NCBI GenBank assembly: GCA_041697335.1
Contig: JBGUGD010000004.1
Span: forward strand, 32,001-96,000
DNA length: 64,000 bases
Direction of reading: 5' to 3'
Origin: Vampirovibrionaceae bacterium NZW_1234
GTDB lineage: Bacteria; Cyanobacteriota; Vampirovibrionia; Vampirovibrionales; JAGQHJ01
The notes under the pieces were generated by a model. That model was not told the DNA's origin. It worked only from the letters and a program-made list of their open reading frames with translations, and did not search any database. Positions 49,478-58,269 of this stretch are shown here, in pieces. The position numbers were made by a program, and so were the translations under genes. Position 1 is the first letter of the stretch, and every line of letters starts with the position of its first letter.

Positions 49478-49658
49478 ACTCTTATGCTGGTTTCAGCGAA
49501 TCAGGCTTTCTAATTTTGAGTCCCAGTACTTGTGACCGGTAATTGTCGAACGTCAGGTTTCAGCAATGGCGTTTGAGGCCGGATGAATACTGCCATGGAA
49601 TTGCCCTCTGTACAAGGTGGCTCCCGATGTTGGATGATAATGGAAGCTCGCAGTTGGA

Positions 49659-50897
49659 ATGAGAATTGGAACAGGAATGAACACCGGTGATATTGCTTGG
49701 GTTTTAATGTCGTCGTGTCTGATTATGCTAATGACACCCGCGGTTGGCTTGTTTTATGGCGGCATGGTGCGTCGTAAAAACCTGCTATCGACGATTATGC
49801 TTAGTTTTTCTGTTTTGATTGTCATTACCCTGCAATGGGTTCTCTTCGGCTATAGTTTGTCGTTCGGGCCCGACAAAGGGCACCTGATTGGCGGTTTGGA
49901 GTGGTTTGCGTTAAACGGCGTGGGCGAAATGCCTCATGCCGTTTATGCTGCGACGATTCCCCATATGGCGTTTATGATGTTTCAGATGAAATTTGCGGTC
50001 ATTACGCCAGCACTCATCTCAGGGGCTTTTGTTGAGCGAGTGCGTTTCAGTGCGTTTTTAATTTTCATGGTGCTGTGGTCCACCCTGGTGTATGACCCCA
50101 TGGCTCACTGGATGTGGGGCGAAGGCGGCTGGCTCCGAAATTTGGGGGCCCTTGATTTTGCGGGTGGGACCGTCATTCATATTACCTCGGGTGTGGCTGC
50201 GCTAACGGCAGCACTTGTCATTCGAAAGCGAAAAGGCTATGGGCGCATCAATTATGAACCCTACAGTATTGTCTTAACCCTTTTGGGCTCTATTTTATTG
50301 TGGTTTGGGTGGTTTGGCTTCAACGGTGGCAGTGCTCTGGCCGCCAATGGTGTGGCTGTGCATGCCATTATCACCACCAATGTGGCGGCAGCGGCCTCGG
50401 CACTTACATGGATGATTATCAGTTGGCGCTCCCATCGGCCCGGCGTCATGGGCGTTGCCACGGGTACTGTTGTAGGTTTAGTAGCCATTACACCAGCATG
50501 TGGCTATGTGGGCATACTGCCTGCCATTATTATTGGTATCGGCGGCGCTCTGACATCCTATAGCTGTATTTTGCTTCGGAATAAATGGAATATTGATGAG
50601 ACCCTGGATGTGTGGGCCTGTCATGGGATGGCCGGGACCTGGGGGGCTATTGCAACGGGGATATTCGCAAGTAAGGCCATCAATCCCAATGGAGCCGATG
50701 GCTTAATGTATGGCAATGTCAATCTGTTTTTGGTCCAGTTGGCCTCGGTTGTCGTGGCCTGGGTCTTTTCGGCGGCGATGACCTTTCTGATTGCCAAAGC
50801 CATCAGCAAAACATGGGGCTTAAGTGTGGGTGAGGCCGAGGAAGAAGTGGGCCTGGATATTTCCCAACACGGTGAAGAAGCCTATGCAAGCGTCTAA
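49659..50897 (+). CDS. amtB: Ammonium transporter
   Basis: FYGGMVR.KN, FQMKFA, DFAGGTVIH, WFGWFGFNGGS and HG motifs. Confidence 0.97.
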   Translation: MRIGTGMNTGDIAWVLMSSCLIMLMTPAVGLFYGGMVRRKNLLSTIMLSFSVLIVITLQWVLFGYSLSFGPDKGHLIGGLEWFALNGVGEMPHAVYAATIPHMAFMMFQMKFAVITPALISGAFVERVRFSAFLIFMVLWSTLVYDPMAHWMWGEGGWLRNLGALDFAGGTVIHITSGVAALTAALVIRKRKGYGRINYEPYSIVLTLLGSILLWFGWFGFNGGSALAANGVAVHAIITTNVAAAASALTWMIISWRSHRPGVMGVATGTVVGLVAITPACGYVGILPAIIIGIGGALTSYSCILLRNKWNIDETLDVWACHGMAGTWGAIATGIFASKAINPNGADGLMYGNVNLFLVQLASVVVAWVFSAAMTFLIAKAISKTWGLSVGEAEEEVGLDISQHGEEAYASV

Positions 50898-50915
50898 TAG
50901 GGAGCATCGACCGCA

Positions 50916-51275
50916 ATGAAGAAGATCGAAGCCATTATTAAAGAAGAAAACCTGGATGCCGTGAAAGACGCCCTTGAGGCAGCAGGTTTTATTGGGATGA
51001 CCGTCTATTCCGTCAAAGGTCGGGGAATGGGCGGGGGGATCACCCTGGAATGGCGAGCCGGGACCTACAAAGTGGATTTCCTCCACAAGATTATGCTGAT
51101 GATTGTTGTTCCCGAGTCGGACTATCAGAAGGTGGTGGATATCATTGTCGAGATTTGCCGGGCTGATGTTGCCAGCGGGGCTGGAAAAATATTTGTTTCC
51201 ACCGTCGACGAGGTTATTCGCATTCGGACAGGGGAGCGTAACGAGGCTGCGTTGACCGGCAGCTCCAGGGCATGA
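50916..51275 (+). CDS. glnK: P-II family nitrogen regulator
   Basis: MKKIEAII, GMTV..VKGRG, GKIFVS.V.EVIRIRTGE motifs; follows amtB. Confidence 0.9.
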   Translation: MKKIEAIIKEENLDAVKDALEAAGFIGMTVYSVKGRGMGGGITLEWRAGTYKVDFLHKIMLMIVVPESDYQKVVDIIVEICRADVASGAGKIFVSTVDEVIRIRTGERNEAALTGSSRA

Positions 51276-51463
51276 TTGTCTAGAGCGTTTTTCAAATTTG
51301 TTCTATGGGGATGAAACGGCAGATTCTGCCGTTCCTCGCGTCTGGGCAATCGGTATGTATGGATGGAGGTCAAAGGGTCAAAAGGCGACTTTTTTAGGGC
51401 CTTGTCAAAAACCGCCCGGAGAAAAGTATCCGAGCGGTTTTAATATGATTTATTTGGAGTGGC

Positions 51464-52948
51464 TTAGCCTTCGTCATCCGTTTGCGGAGGCTCGGCTTGA
51501 GTTTGAGCTTCGCTTTGAGGAGCTGCATCGGCTGCTGTGCCACCATTGGTTGCGCCGCCTTGACCACCCGTCACGTTGAGCGCATATAAACCGAGGTTTT
51601 CGACTTTGCCGGTCTCTTTGTTACGCTTTTCGAAGGTGGTGTCGGCTTGACTCAACAGATCGTTGCCACGACCATCAAAGTTGCGCCGTAAGCTTTTAGC
51701 ATCATCACCCACGGTCATCTTGATGATACCGGCTTGGGATAAGCTCATAGCTGTTGAGTTAAAGCCACTGGTCTTGATTTTTAGACCGTAGTCTTTCTCG
51801 AGTTTGGCCAGATCTTTTTCATCCAAGACATCATCTTTGTCCGAGATGAGATTTTCTTTCTTTGCGATGGCTTTAAGGGCATCATAGCCATCTTTAATAT
51901 TGGCATTGGTAATGCCGAACTTTGACAGGTCCGTGTTGACCCCCAGGGTTTCTGTGAGGTTTTCACCGGAGATACCGTCTTTATCAGCATCAATGACCAG
52001 TAGACCTTGACCATTGGCAATATCGTTTAAGGTCACTCGGTTCTGGTTGTTGCGATCGGTGGCAACTTGAACCGACTTATCGCTGGTAAGTTTGCCATCT
52101 TTTTTCAAATCCAGGACCAAGGGCGTGCCACTGGGCTCTTTTGGCTTGGGTGGCGGGGTTGGGCCAGGTTTTGGACCGGGCTTAGGACCGGGTTTCGGTT
52201 TTTCCTCTTCCTCATCCTCCATCAAGGTAATGAGGAGGGCGATTAGAGCAAAGAGGAATTGCGGATTTTGTTGCTGCGGCTGCGGCTTCGGTTGCGGTTG
52301 AGGTTGTGGAAGCGGCATTGGCATTGGCGCCGGAGTGGGTACCGGAACAATGATGGGTTGAATAATGGGTTGCTGGGGTTCAGGGGTGGGTAAGCCTACA
52401 GGGAAGCCACCTCCTGGGAACCCTCCAGGCGACCATCCACCTGGAAATCCTCCGCCCGGGAACCCTCCAGGTGACCATCCACCTGGGAATCCTCCACCTG
52501 GGAATCCTCCACCCGGGAATCCGCTACCAGGGAAGCCTCCTGGGAATCCTCCGCCTGGAAAACCACCGCCGGGAAAACCACCGGGCATACCACCGCCGGG
52601 AAATCCACCAGGCATACCGCCACCTGGAAATCCTCCGCCGGGGAAGCCGCCACCCGGGAACTGACCACCGGGAGCACCTCCGCCAGGGAACTGACCGCCA
52701 GGAACTTGGCCACCCGGTTGTTGACCACCAGGTTGTGGGCCGGGCATAGGCTGGGGTTGTTGAGGAGCTGAGAAAGGCTGATTAAAGCCACCAAACGTAG
52801 AATCCACACCGAGTTGGGGGCCACCAATCATTACCGAATAATTGAGATTCTGCTGGTTATTACCATCGTAATTAACCATATTCTGGCTAAACGTTTGGTT
52901 AAACGAATAGCTATTATTGCTCGTAAGCTGGTTATTACTATTAAACAT
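51464..52948 (-). CDS. GGFPG-repeat protein with a C-terminal FrpC self-processing-module-like domain
   Basis: About 20 GG(F/M/W/Q)PG-type pentapeptides, Pro/Gln linker, hydrophobic helix, then TPLVLDLKKDG...GLLVIDADKDG...DGYDAL; AGGAG RBS. Confidence 0.75.
   Translation of the reverse strand: MFNSNNQLTSNNSYSFNQTFSQNMVNYDGNNQQNLNYSVMIGGPQLGVDSTFGGFNQPFSAPQQPQPMPGPQPGGQQPGGQVPGGQFPGGGAPGGQFPGGGFPGGGFPGGGMPGGFPGGGMPGGFPGGGFPGGGFPGGFPGSGFPGGGFPGGGFPGGWSPGGFPGGGFPGGWSPGGFPGGGFPVGLPTPEPQQPIIQPIIVPVPTPAPMPMPLPQPQPQPKPQPQQQNPQFLFALIALLITLMEDEEEEKPKPGPKPGPKPGPTPPPKPKEPSGTPLVLDLKKDGKLTSDKSVQVATDRNNQNRVTLNDIANGQGLLVIDADKDGISGENLTETLGVNTDLSKFGITNANIKDGYDALKAIAKKENLISDKDDVLDEKDLAKLEKDYGLKIKTSGFNSTAMSLSQAGIIKMTVGDDAKSLRRNFDGRGNDLLSQADTTFEKRNKETGKVENLGLYALNVTGGQGGATNGGTAADAAPQSEAQTQAEPPQTDDEG
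52400..52740 (-). repeat. Degenerate ~15-bp tandem coding repeat (GGFPG units)
   Basis: Repeated gggaa(t/a)cc(t/a)cc units on the + strand; synonymous variation indicates protein-level selection. Confidence 0.85.
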
Positions 52949-53227
52949 GAGGCGAAACTCCTAACTCATCAAATCACAGAGAGAAAAATACACTCAATGT
53001 CTTACCTATGTGTATAAAAACAATTAATAAAATGTTTATGATATATTGCAAACAATTGTAAATATTTTATTAATATTGGGTGCTTTCCTAAGCTACTACG
53101 GCTTTTCGGGATTTGAAGTCGGACAAAAAACGAGCCCCCTCGATCGGTTCATGGATCAGAGGGGGAATACTAGTTTGACTGGGGCAGTTGATGATTAAAG
53201 CCCGTTAAGGGCTAAAATAAGTCTTGC

Positions 53228-53551
53228 TTAACAAGCCAGAGGTGATTTGGAGGCCCCTTCTTTTTTATTCATTAAAAGGGTCATCAGCACCATCATCAAC
53301 ATTATCATAAGGTTATTGTTGCTGTTTTTGGGCGCATCGGTTTTTGGGGCTTTAGGGGTTTCAGGCAATGATGGAGGAGATATCACAATCCCTGGGAGCG
53401 TCACAATGGGAGGGAGAAGACGCGGGTTCGATTCGGCCAGGGGGTTACGAAACCCTTCGACACCATTATTACCAATGATCAAGTTGCTGTTTACCACCGG
53501 CAGTCCGGCAGCCATAATATTGCGAGGTGTAAGATTTGCAAGCGAAAACAT
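53228..53551 (-). CDS. Small Pro-rich hypothetical protein with a Met/Leu hydrophobic helix
   Basis: AGGAG RBS before ATG 53551; NNLMIMLMMVLMTLLM helix; terminator-like hairpin near 53125-53166. Confidence 0.7.
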   Translation of the reverse strand: MFSLANLTPRNIMAAGLPVVNSNLIIGNNGVEGFRNPLAESNPRLLPPIVTLPGIVISPPSLPETPKAPKTDAPKNSNNNLMIMLMMVLMTLLMNKKEGASKSPLAC

Positions 53552-53731
53552 ACACAGAACTCCTAACACATCAAACTGAGCACGAGAAGAACAAAGCGAT
53601 ATAATATTGTCTTGTAAATATAAAAAAACAATAAAAAAGGTTTTTGATGCATTGTTACATCATGTAACAGCGTGGCCCTTAAGACAGTGCTCCAGAGCAT
53701 TTGATTGAAATGCGTCGGTTAAGGATTAGGT

Positions 53732-53887
53732 TTAAACTTCTCGGCTGGAAGGAGAGTAGGTATCTGCAGCAGGTTGGCCGGTATTGAAGGTAAAGGTGCG
53801 AAATCCGTCCATCCAGGATTCCATAAGACGTTTTCGGTTTTGAGAAAGCTCAGCGGCAATCATTCCGGTCCAGAACTGCAGCATCAT
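53732..53887 (-). CDS. Small 51-aa hypothetical protein (missing from the ORF track)
   Basis: AGGAG RBS then MMLQFWTGMIAAELSQNRKRLMESWMDGFRTFTFNTGQPAADTYSPSSREV*. Confidence 0.55.
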   Translation of the reverse strand: MMLQFWTGMIAAELSQNRKRLMESWMDGFRTFTFNTGQPAADTYSPSSREV

Positions 53888-54257
53888 GGTGTAAAAAATC
53901 TCCTGATGTCCGTAGTTTTAGGATACCGCAGTTGGAAGGCATTGGCTATTAACGCAAGCTTAAGATTGTCGATGTCGTTATGGGACAAAAATAAATTAGC
54001 GCAGGCCCGGCTTGTTAAAGAGTCGCACATCGTCAATACAGCGCATTAAGTGTGGGACTCGCCTGGGCCTGCGCTAAATTTGAATTCTGTATTTGAATAA
54101 AAACATGCTTGACCCAAAAATTGCTGACACATTTTGTTGTCTAGGGAAGTCGGTAAATGAGACAAAGCTCCTGACGTTTGGGGTGTTGGGAATTTGATTC
54201 GACCATGTGAGAATCTGGGAAAGAAGGTTATGGAAAACGAGGGAGGTGAAAACAAAG

Positions 54258-54605
54258 ATGAGGGTCCACGCAGGCATGCCAAGGATGGGTTATCGCTTTG
54301 AGGGCAGTCGACCTAGAGTCAGGGTTTCTGAAGAAGCATTTCAGCAGATTAAAGCTCGGGTTAACACGGCACTGGGTGTAACGGTAGTGACGGCCGAAGA
54401 GAAAACTCCCAATGGCAAGCACCTGTATACCACCTACAGTACTCTGGGAGAGCGAGACACCTTGTTGGCCAAGCTGAAGACTCTGGGGGCCAAAAAAATT
54501 CCAAAATCTCCATATGAATCCCAAGGCTTTATCAAGCTAAAGCTTGAGGGTGTGGTCATCAAACTGGTTGATTACACCGATTATGTTGAAATGATGGGTG
54601 GCTAG
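54258..54605 (+). CDS. Hypothetical protein with N-terminal YRFEG leader
   Basis: GGAGGTG RBS; terminator AAGAGCGGC...GCCGCTCTT downstream. Confidence 0.7.
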   Translation: MRVHAGMPRMGYRFEGSRPRVRVSEEAFQQIKARVNTALGVTVVTAEEKTPNGKHLYTTYSTLGERDTLLAKLKTLGAKKIPKSPYESQGFIKLKLEGVVIKLVDYTDYVEMMGG

Positions 54606-54667
54606 GGAACAACGAAAAAGAGCGGCCTCAAATCAAGAGCCGCTCTTGTCAAAAAATTAAAGATAGA

Positions 54668-54751
54668 TGGTGCCGAGGACAGGACTTGAACCTGCACGAG
54701 TCTCCCCACGTGCACCTGAAGCACGCGTGTCTACCATTCCACCACCTCGGC
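54668..54751 (-). tRNA. tRNA-Leu(CAG)
   Basis: GCCGAGG acceptor, GGAATGGTAGAC D-arm, CGTGC-TTCAGGT-GCACG anticodon arm, long variable arm, GGTTCAAGTCC T-arm, encoded CCA. Confidence 0.97.
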
Positions 54752-54828
54752 ATAACCGGTAGGGCTTACTGGAAGCTTTGATATCTTACATCAAGAGGGT
54801 TGCCAAATGCAAACGACAGTAAACAGGC

Positions 54829-54940
54829 AAAAAAAACCCTCTCCGATTGGGAGAGGGGATTCAATTTTAGGTTGGGAGTGAGGGGGAAAATAAACTTAGT
54901 AATGCGGGGTTGTGTGTTGCAGTTCGTATTACTTACTGTT
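54829..54940 (-). ncRNA. Candidate small RNA (~110 nt)
   Basis: -10-like TACTAT at 54947-54942; C-rich UUCCCCCUCACUCCC stretch; CCCTCTCC/GGAGAGGG hairpin plus U8. Confidence 0.5.
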
Positions 54941-55394
54941 GATAGTAGTATTTTAGATCGAAAAGTGATGAGCACAACCCTAATTGAGCAGAAGGTTTAC
55001 AAATTGTTACATGTGTCTTTTGTAGAATGCCTGTCAGGACACCATTTTTTGCCACTGGTGAGGAAAAGTTTTGAGGCCGTTATCTTCGTAATGGAATTAA
55101 ACACTGTTTTAATTTGTGTTGTAATTTTTCTACTAATTTTGTAATGAATAAAAAGCAGAGTTCAGCCCAGGGCTTTGGCCCTGCCGCTTTTTATTGGGTA
55201 TATCGTGGAAACTCAGGGATGAAGTGAAGAGAAGCCTTGACGCTAAGCATAATTCTATGGGCTTCAAGGAGAATTATTCCCATTTATCTCAAAAGCGGGT
55301 ATCCCAGCGGACGAATTTCACTTGTTCGAAGGATTCGACGGTATGACACCGATATTTATAATGTGATATAAAGCAACCGATAAGGTACATTCCC

Positions 55395-56429
55395 ATGATT
55401 TCGGATTCCATTTTGAATACGGTGCGGCAGTTACAGATGTTTTTAGAGGGGTTTGGTGAAGCTACACAAGCGTATTCCATAACAGAACAGCGGCTGGAAG
55501 AAGGTATTCTTTTGGCCCATAAACTGAAAACCCGAGCCGCTATGGCCAGTGTGGCCCATGTACAGCAATATGCTGCACAAATCGAGCAATTGCTGAACGC
55601 AATGGCTATGCAGTCTCAGGTGGCTATTCAAGGGATGATTTTTGAGGCTGAGTACCCTCGCATCTACAATGCCTTTTGTCAGGCGTCAGAGGCTTACCAT
55701 AAAGCTCAAGACCAACGCAAACCGGAAGGTACGTTGGTAAATTTGGTCCATGACCTGTATGACTTGCAACGCGATGAAGAAATGGATGAGCCGGAATTGC
55801 TTTCACCCTTGCTCACTTTTTCATCCCGGCGTGCCAAAGTAACGCTATCGGAAAAGGCTTCACTGGCTCAGTTGGGTCGAAGTTTTATGCCCTGGGTGGT
55901 TCAGGCGGCCTCAGAAAATGGGAAACACATTTCAGCCCAGTTTTCTCTGCCACAGACGCTCATGGTTCGTGACGAGATCATGGATTCACTTCAAACCATC
56001 CTGATCCATTTGTTTCGAAATGCCGTGTTTCATGGGATAGAAGCCCCCGAGGATCGGGTTCAGCGGGGGAAATCTGAGACCGGTGTCATTCGTCTGAGTG
56101 CAGATGTCGAGGGGGACCATGTGATTTTGACCCTGGAAGATGACGGAAGAGGCCTATCTTCTCGCAATCCGGTGAAGACCCCCGATCTGTTTTCCTTGGA
56201 GTCAGAGCCAAGTGACCGGGTCACTGAAAATGCGGCCCTGGAAACCTCGATCTATGCGACAACAAACGTCCAAACGGGCTTGGGAATTGGCCTGCATATT
56301 GTCCAATCAAAAATGAGTCAACTGAGTGGAAGTATTGAAATAAATGCTCAGGAAAATCAAGGAACCGCTGTTGTCTTACGGCTGCCACGCTGTCATTTCC
56401 TGCATTTGGACGAGGCTATGGGCGCCTAA
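55395..56429 (+). CDS. CheA-like histidine kinase (HPt plus HATPase, no CheW/P5 domain)
   Basis: LAHKLK HPt motif; LIHLFRNAVFHGIE.PE.R...GK, EDDGRG and GLGIGL motifs; protein ends at LRLP. Confidence 0.8.
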   Translation: MISDSILNTVRQLQMFLEGFGEATQAYSITEQRLEEGILLAHKLKTRAAMASVAHVQQYAAQIEQLLNAMAMQSQVAIQGMIFEAEYPRIYNAFCQASEAYHKAQDQRKPEGTLVNLVHDLYDLQRDEEMDEPELLSPLLTFSSRRAKVTLSEKASLAQLGRSFMPWVVQAASENGKHISAQFSLPQTLMVRDEIMDSLQTILIHLFRNAVFHGIEAPEDRVQRGKSETGVIRLSADVEGDHVILTLEDDGRGLSSRNPVKTPDLFSLESEPSDRVTENAALETSIYATTNVQTGLGIGLHIVQSKMSQLSGSIEINAQENQGTAVVLRLPRCHFLHLDEAMGA

Positions 56430-56533
56430 GCGCTGTTGGTTACTGATGATGAACCTGCCCAAGAGGCTAGAAAACATTTTGTATTCAAGGTATAATATAA
56501 ATGTAAATACCAAATTAGGGATGTTATAACGGA

Positions 56534-57196
56534 TTGGTCACTACAAACACAACCGTCACGAATATAAATGAACAGGGCTTGCAGAGCTGGCTGCAGCAAC
56601 GGTTGAGTGAGCAGCGTTACCAACATTCCCTTGGGGCACAGCAAAAAGCGATTGAAATTGCCCGTAATTTTAAGCTTTCAGAGTCCATTGTTGAAAAAGC
56701 CGGTTTGGCTGGTCTTTTGCATGATGCTGCAAAGCTGTCTTCTCCTGCCGAGTTGCTGGAGATGGTAACGATGTTTAATATTGACATTTCTGATGCCGAG
56801 CGGGAGTCGCCTCAGGTGCTGCATCCCTTTGTTGGGGCGGAGTTGGCGCGATGGGAATTGAATATTCAGGACGAGGACGTCTTGAACGCGATTCGCTATC
56901 ACACCACTGGGCGTGCCGGTATGTCTGATGTGGAGAAACTGGTTTATCTTGCCGATAAGATTGAGGGAAACACTCGAAACCCCCTGTATACTCAGAAGAT
57001 TACGTCCATTTTGAATTACCAGGATCCCACGACCTTGGACAAAGCCGTTCTTTACATTATGGATTCCACAATTACGTTTCTCATCGAAAAAGGCCAGGTT
57101 ATTCATCCCAGAACCGTGGAAGCCCGAAACGACCTGGTAAACAAGCTTAAATCGGCCCAGGATATGGGTGGTTTCCCCGAAGTCACTAGAAAATAG
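56534..57196 (+). CDS. yqeK: HD-domain Ap4A hydrolase YqeK
   Basis: R..HS.G, LLHD.AK, LH...GA, AIRYHTTG and LADKIE motifs; upstream of rsfS. Confidence 0.9.
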   Translation: MVTTNTTVTNINEQGLQSWLQQRLSEQRYQHSLGAQQKAIEIARNFKLSESIVEKAGLAGLLHDAAKLSSPAELLEMVTMFNIDISDAERESPQVLHPFVGAELARWELNIQDEDVLNAIRYHTTGRAGMSDVEKLVYLADKIEGNTRNPLYTQKITSILNYQDPTTLDKAVLYIMDSTITFLIEKGQVIHPRTVEARNDLVNKLKSAQDMGGFPEVTRK

Positions 57197-57207
57197 GAGG
57201 ATTATTT

Positions 57208-57594
57208 TTGGAAAAACAACAGCTGACATCTTTTGAGACCGCCGCTCTTGCCGCAAATTGGGCGGAAGATAAGAAGGCAAAAGATACACTGGTGTTAAAA
57301 ACCGATCATGTTTCCACATTGGCAGATTATTTTGTGATTGCATCGGTCGAAAGCCGTACCCAGATGGTGGCTTTGGCCGATTATTTGTTGAAATCATTTA
57401 AGCAGGAGAAGATTGAAACGGTTGGGTATGAGATCGATAAGGGCGGCCGTTGGACGCTGTTAGACTTTGGTGATGTGGTAATCCACCTGTTTCATCACGA
57501 AGATCGCGCCTTTTACAAGCTGGAGCGCTTTTGGAATCATGCAACAGAGGTTCCTCGGGCCATGTGGTATCAGGAAACCCGTCAGGCCTCCTAA
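57208..57594 (+). CDS. rsfS: Ribosome silencing factor RsfS
   Basis: DKKA.D, ADYFVIAS, W.LLDFGDVVIHLF and R.FY.LERFW motifs. Confidence 0.96.
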   Translation: MEKQQLTSFETAALAANWAEDKKAKDTLVLKTDHVSTLADYFVIASVESRTQMVALADYLLKSFKQEKIETVGYEIDKGGRWTLLDFGDVVIHLFHHEDRAFYKLERFWNHATEVPRAMWYQETRQAS

Positions 57595-57676
57595 AGGCAA
57601 GCTAAACTGGAACTTCAACAACAATCCCCATCCGAAACCGGGTGGGGATTGAATTGTATTCCGAAAAAATGAAGTG

Positions 57677-58141
57677 CTAATGGGCAGCCACTGCTGCGGT
57701 CATAGCAGGCTTTCGCATCATTTTGCGGACTTCGCCAATGTGTTGCTCTTCTTCGGCAATCATACGGCGAGCATATTCTTCAAACATCACGGACTTGTCT
57801 TTCACCAAGTTCAGCAGCACCCGGTAGAGTTCCATTTGCATTTCCTCATGCTCCAGAGACTCTTCCAGAATATTGTAGATGTCGTGCTGGTGGGTTTCCA
57901 AGAGAGGCCCAATGCTTAAGGACGGGTGATCGTCCAGGTGTGTAATCAACTCACCGGCTTCTTGGCTATGACGCAGCGATTCTTCGGCTTGGCCACGGAG
58001 CCAGGAGGTGATAGGAATCCGATTAGGGCCATAGATCATCAACGAATAGTGAGTATAACGGACCACGCCAGCCAACTCGGTTTCCAGAATCTGATTGAGA
58101 ATATTGACGACTTTGGCTTGATCAAAGGAGTATTCGGGCAC
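57677..58141 (-). CDS. Bacterioferritin-like ferritin-superfamily protein
   Basis: LN.ILE.ELAGVVRY, EESLRH, HE and EEEQH motifs of a four-helix diiron fold. Confidence 0.85.
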   Translation of the reverse strand: MPEYSFDQAKVVNILNQILETELAGVVRYTHYSLMIYGPNRIPITSWLRGQAEESLRHSQEAGELITHLDDHPSLSIGPLLETHQHDIYNILEESLEHEEMQMELYRVLLNLVKDKSVMFEEYARRMIAEEEQHIGEVRKMMRKPAMTAAVAAH

Positions 58142-58269
58142 GATGGATTACCTCATGTGACTTCATTTTTAACCATCAACGATGTTATCTCCTTATTTAA
58201 ACATAGGTTGCGTAAGATGCGTATGCACAAAGCACAGGAATCCGTAATGCCTGAGGTGGAAAAGGGAAA

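Noticed and set aside
49480..49658. Search for a glutamine riboswitch or NtcA box upstream of amtB
   Set aside because: No convincing glnA-motif RNA or GTA-N8-TAC site seen.
52400..52740. Tandem DNA repeat considered as a non-coding array
   Set aside because: Explained by the GGFPG coding repeat, with variation at synonymous positions.
51280..54668. Integrative element at tRNA-Leu
   Set aside because: No integrase and no duplicated tRNA 3' end found in the window.
56678..57397. 239-aa minus-strand ORF and other long antisense ORFs (e.g. 5226-5795, 17991-18539, 37925-38755)
   Set aside because: They lie opposite well-conserved genes and show no motifs; codon-bias shadows.
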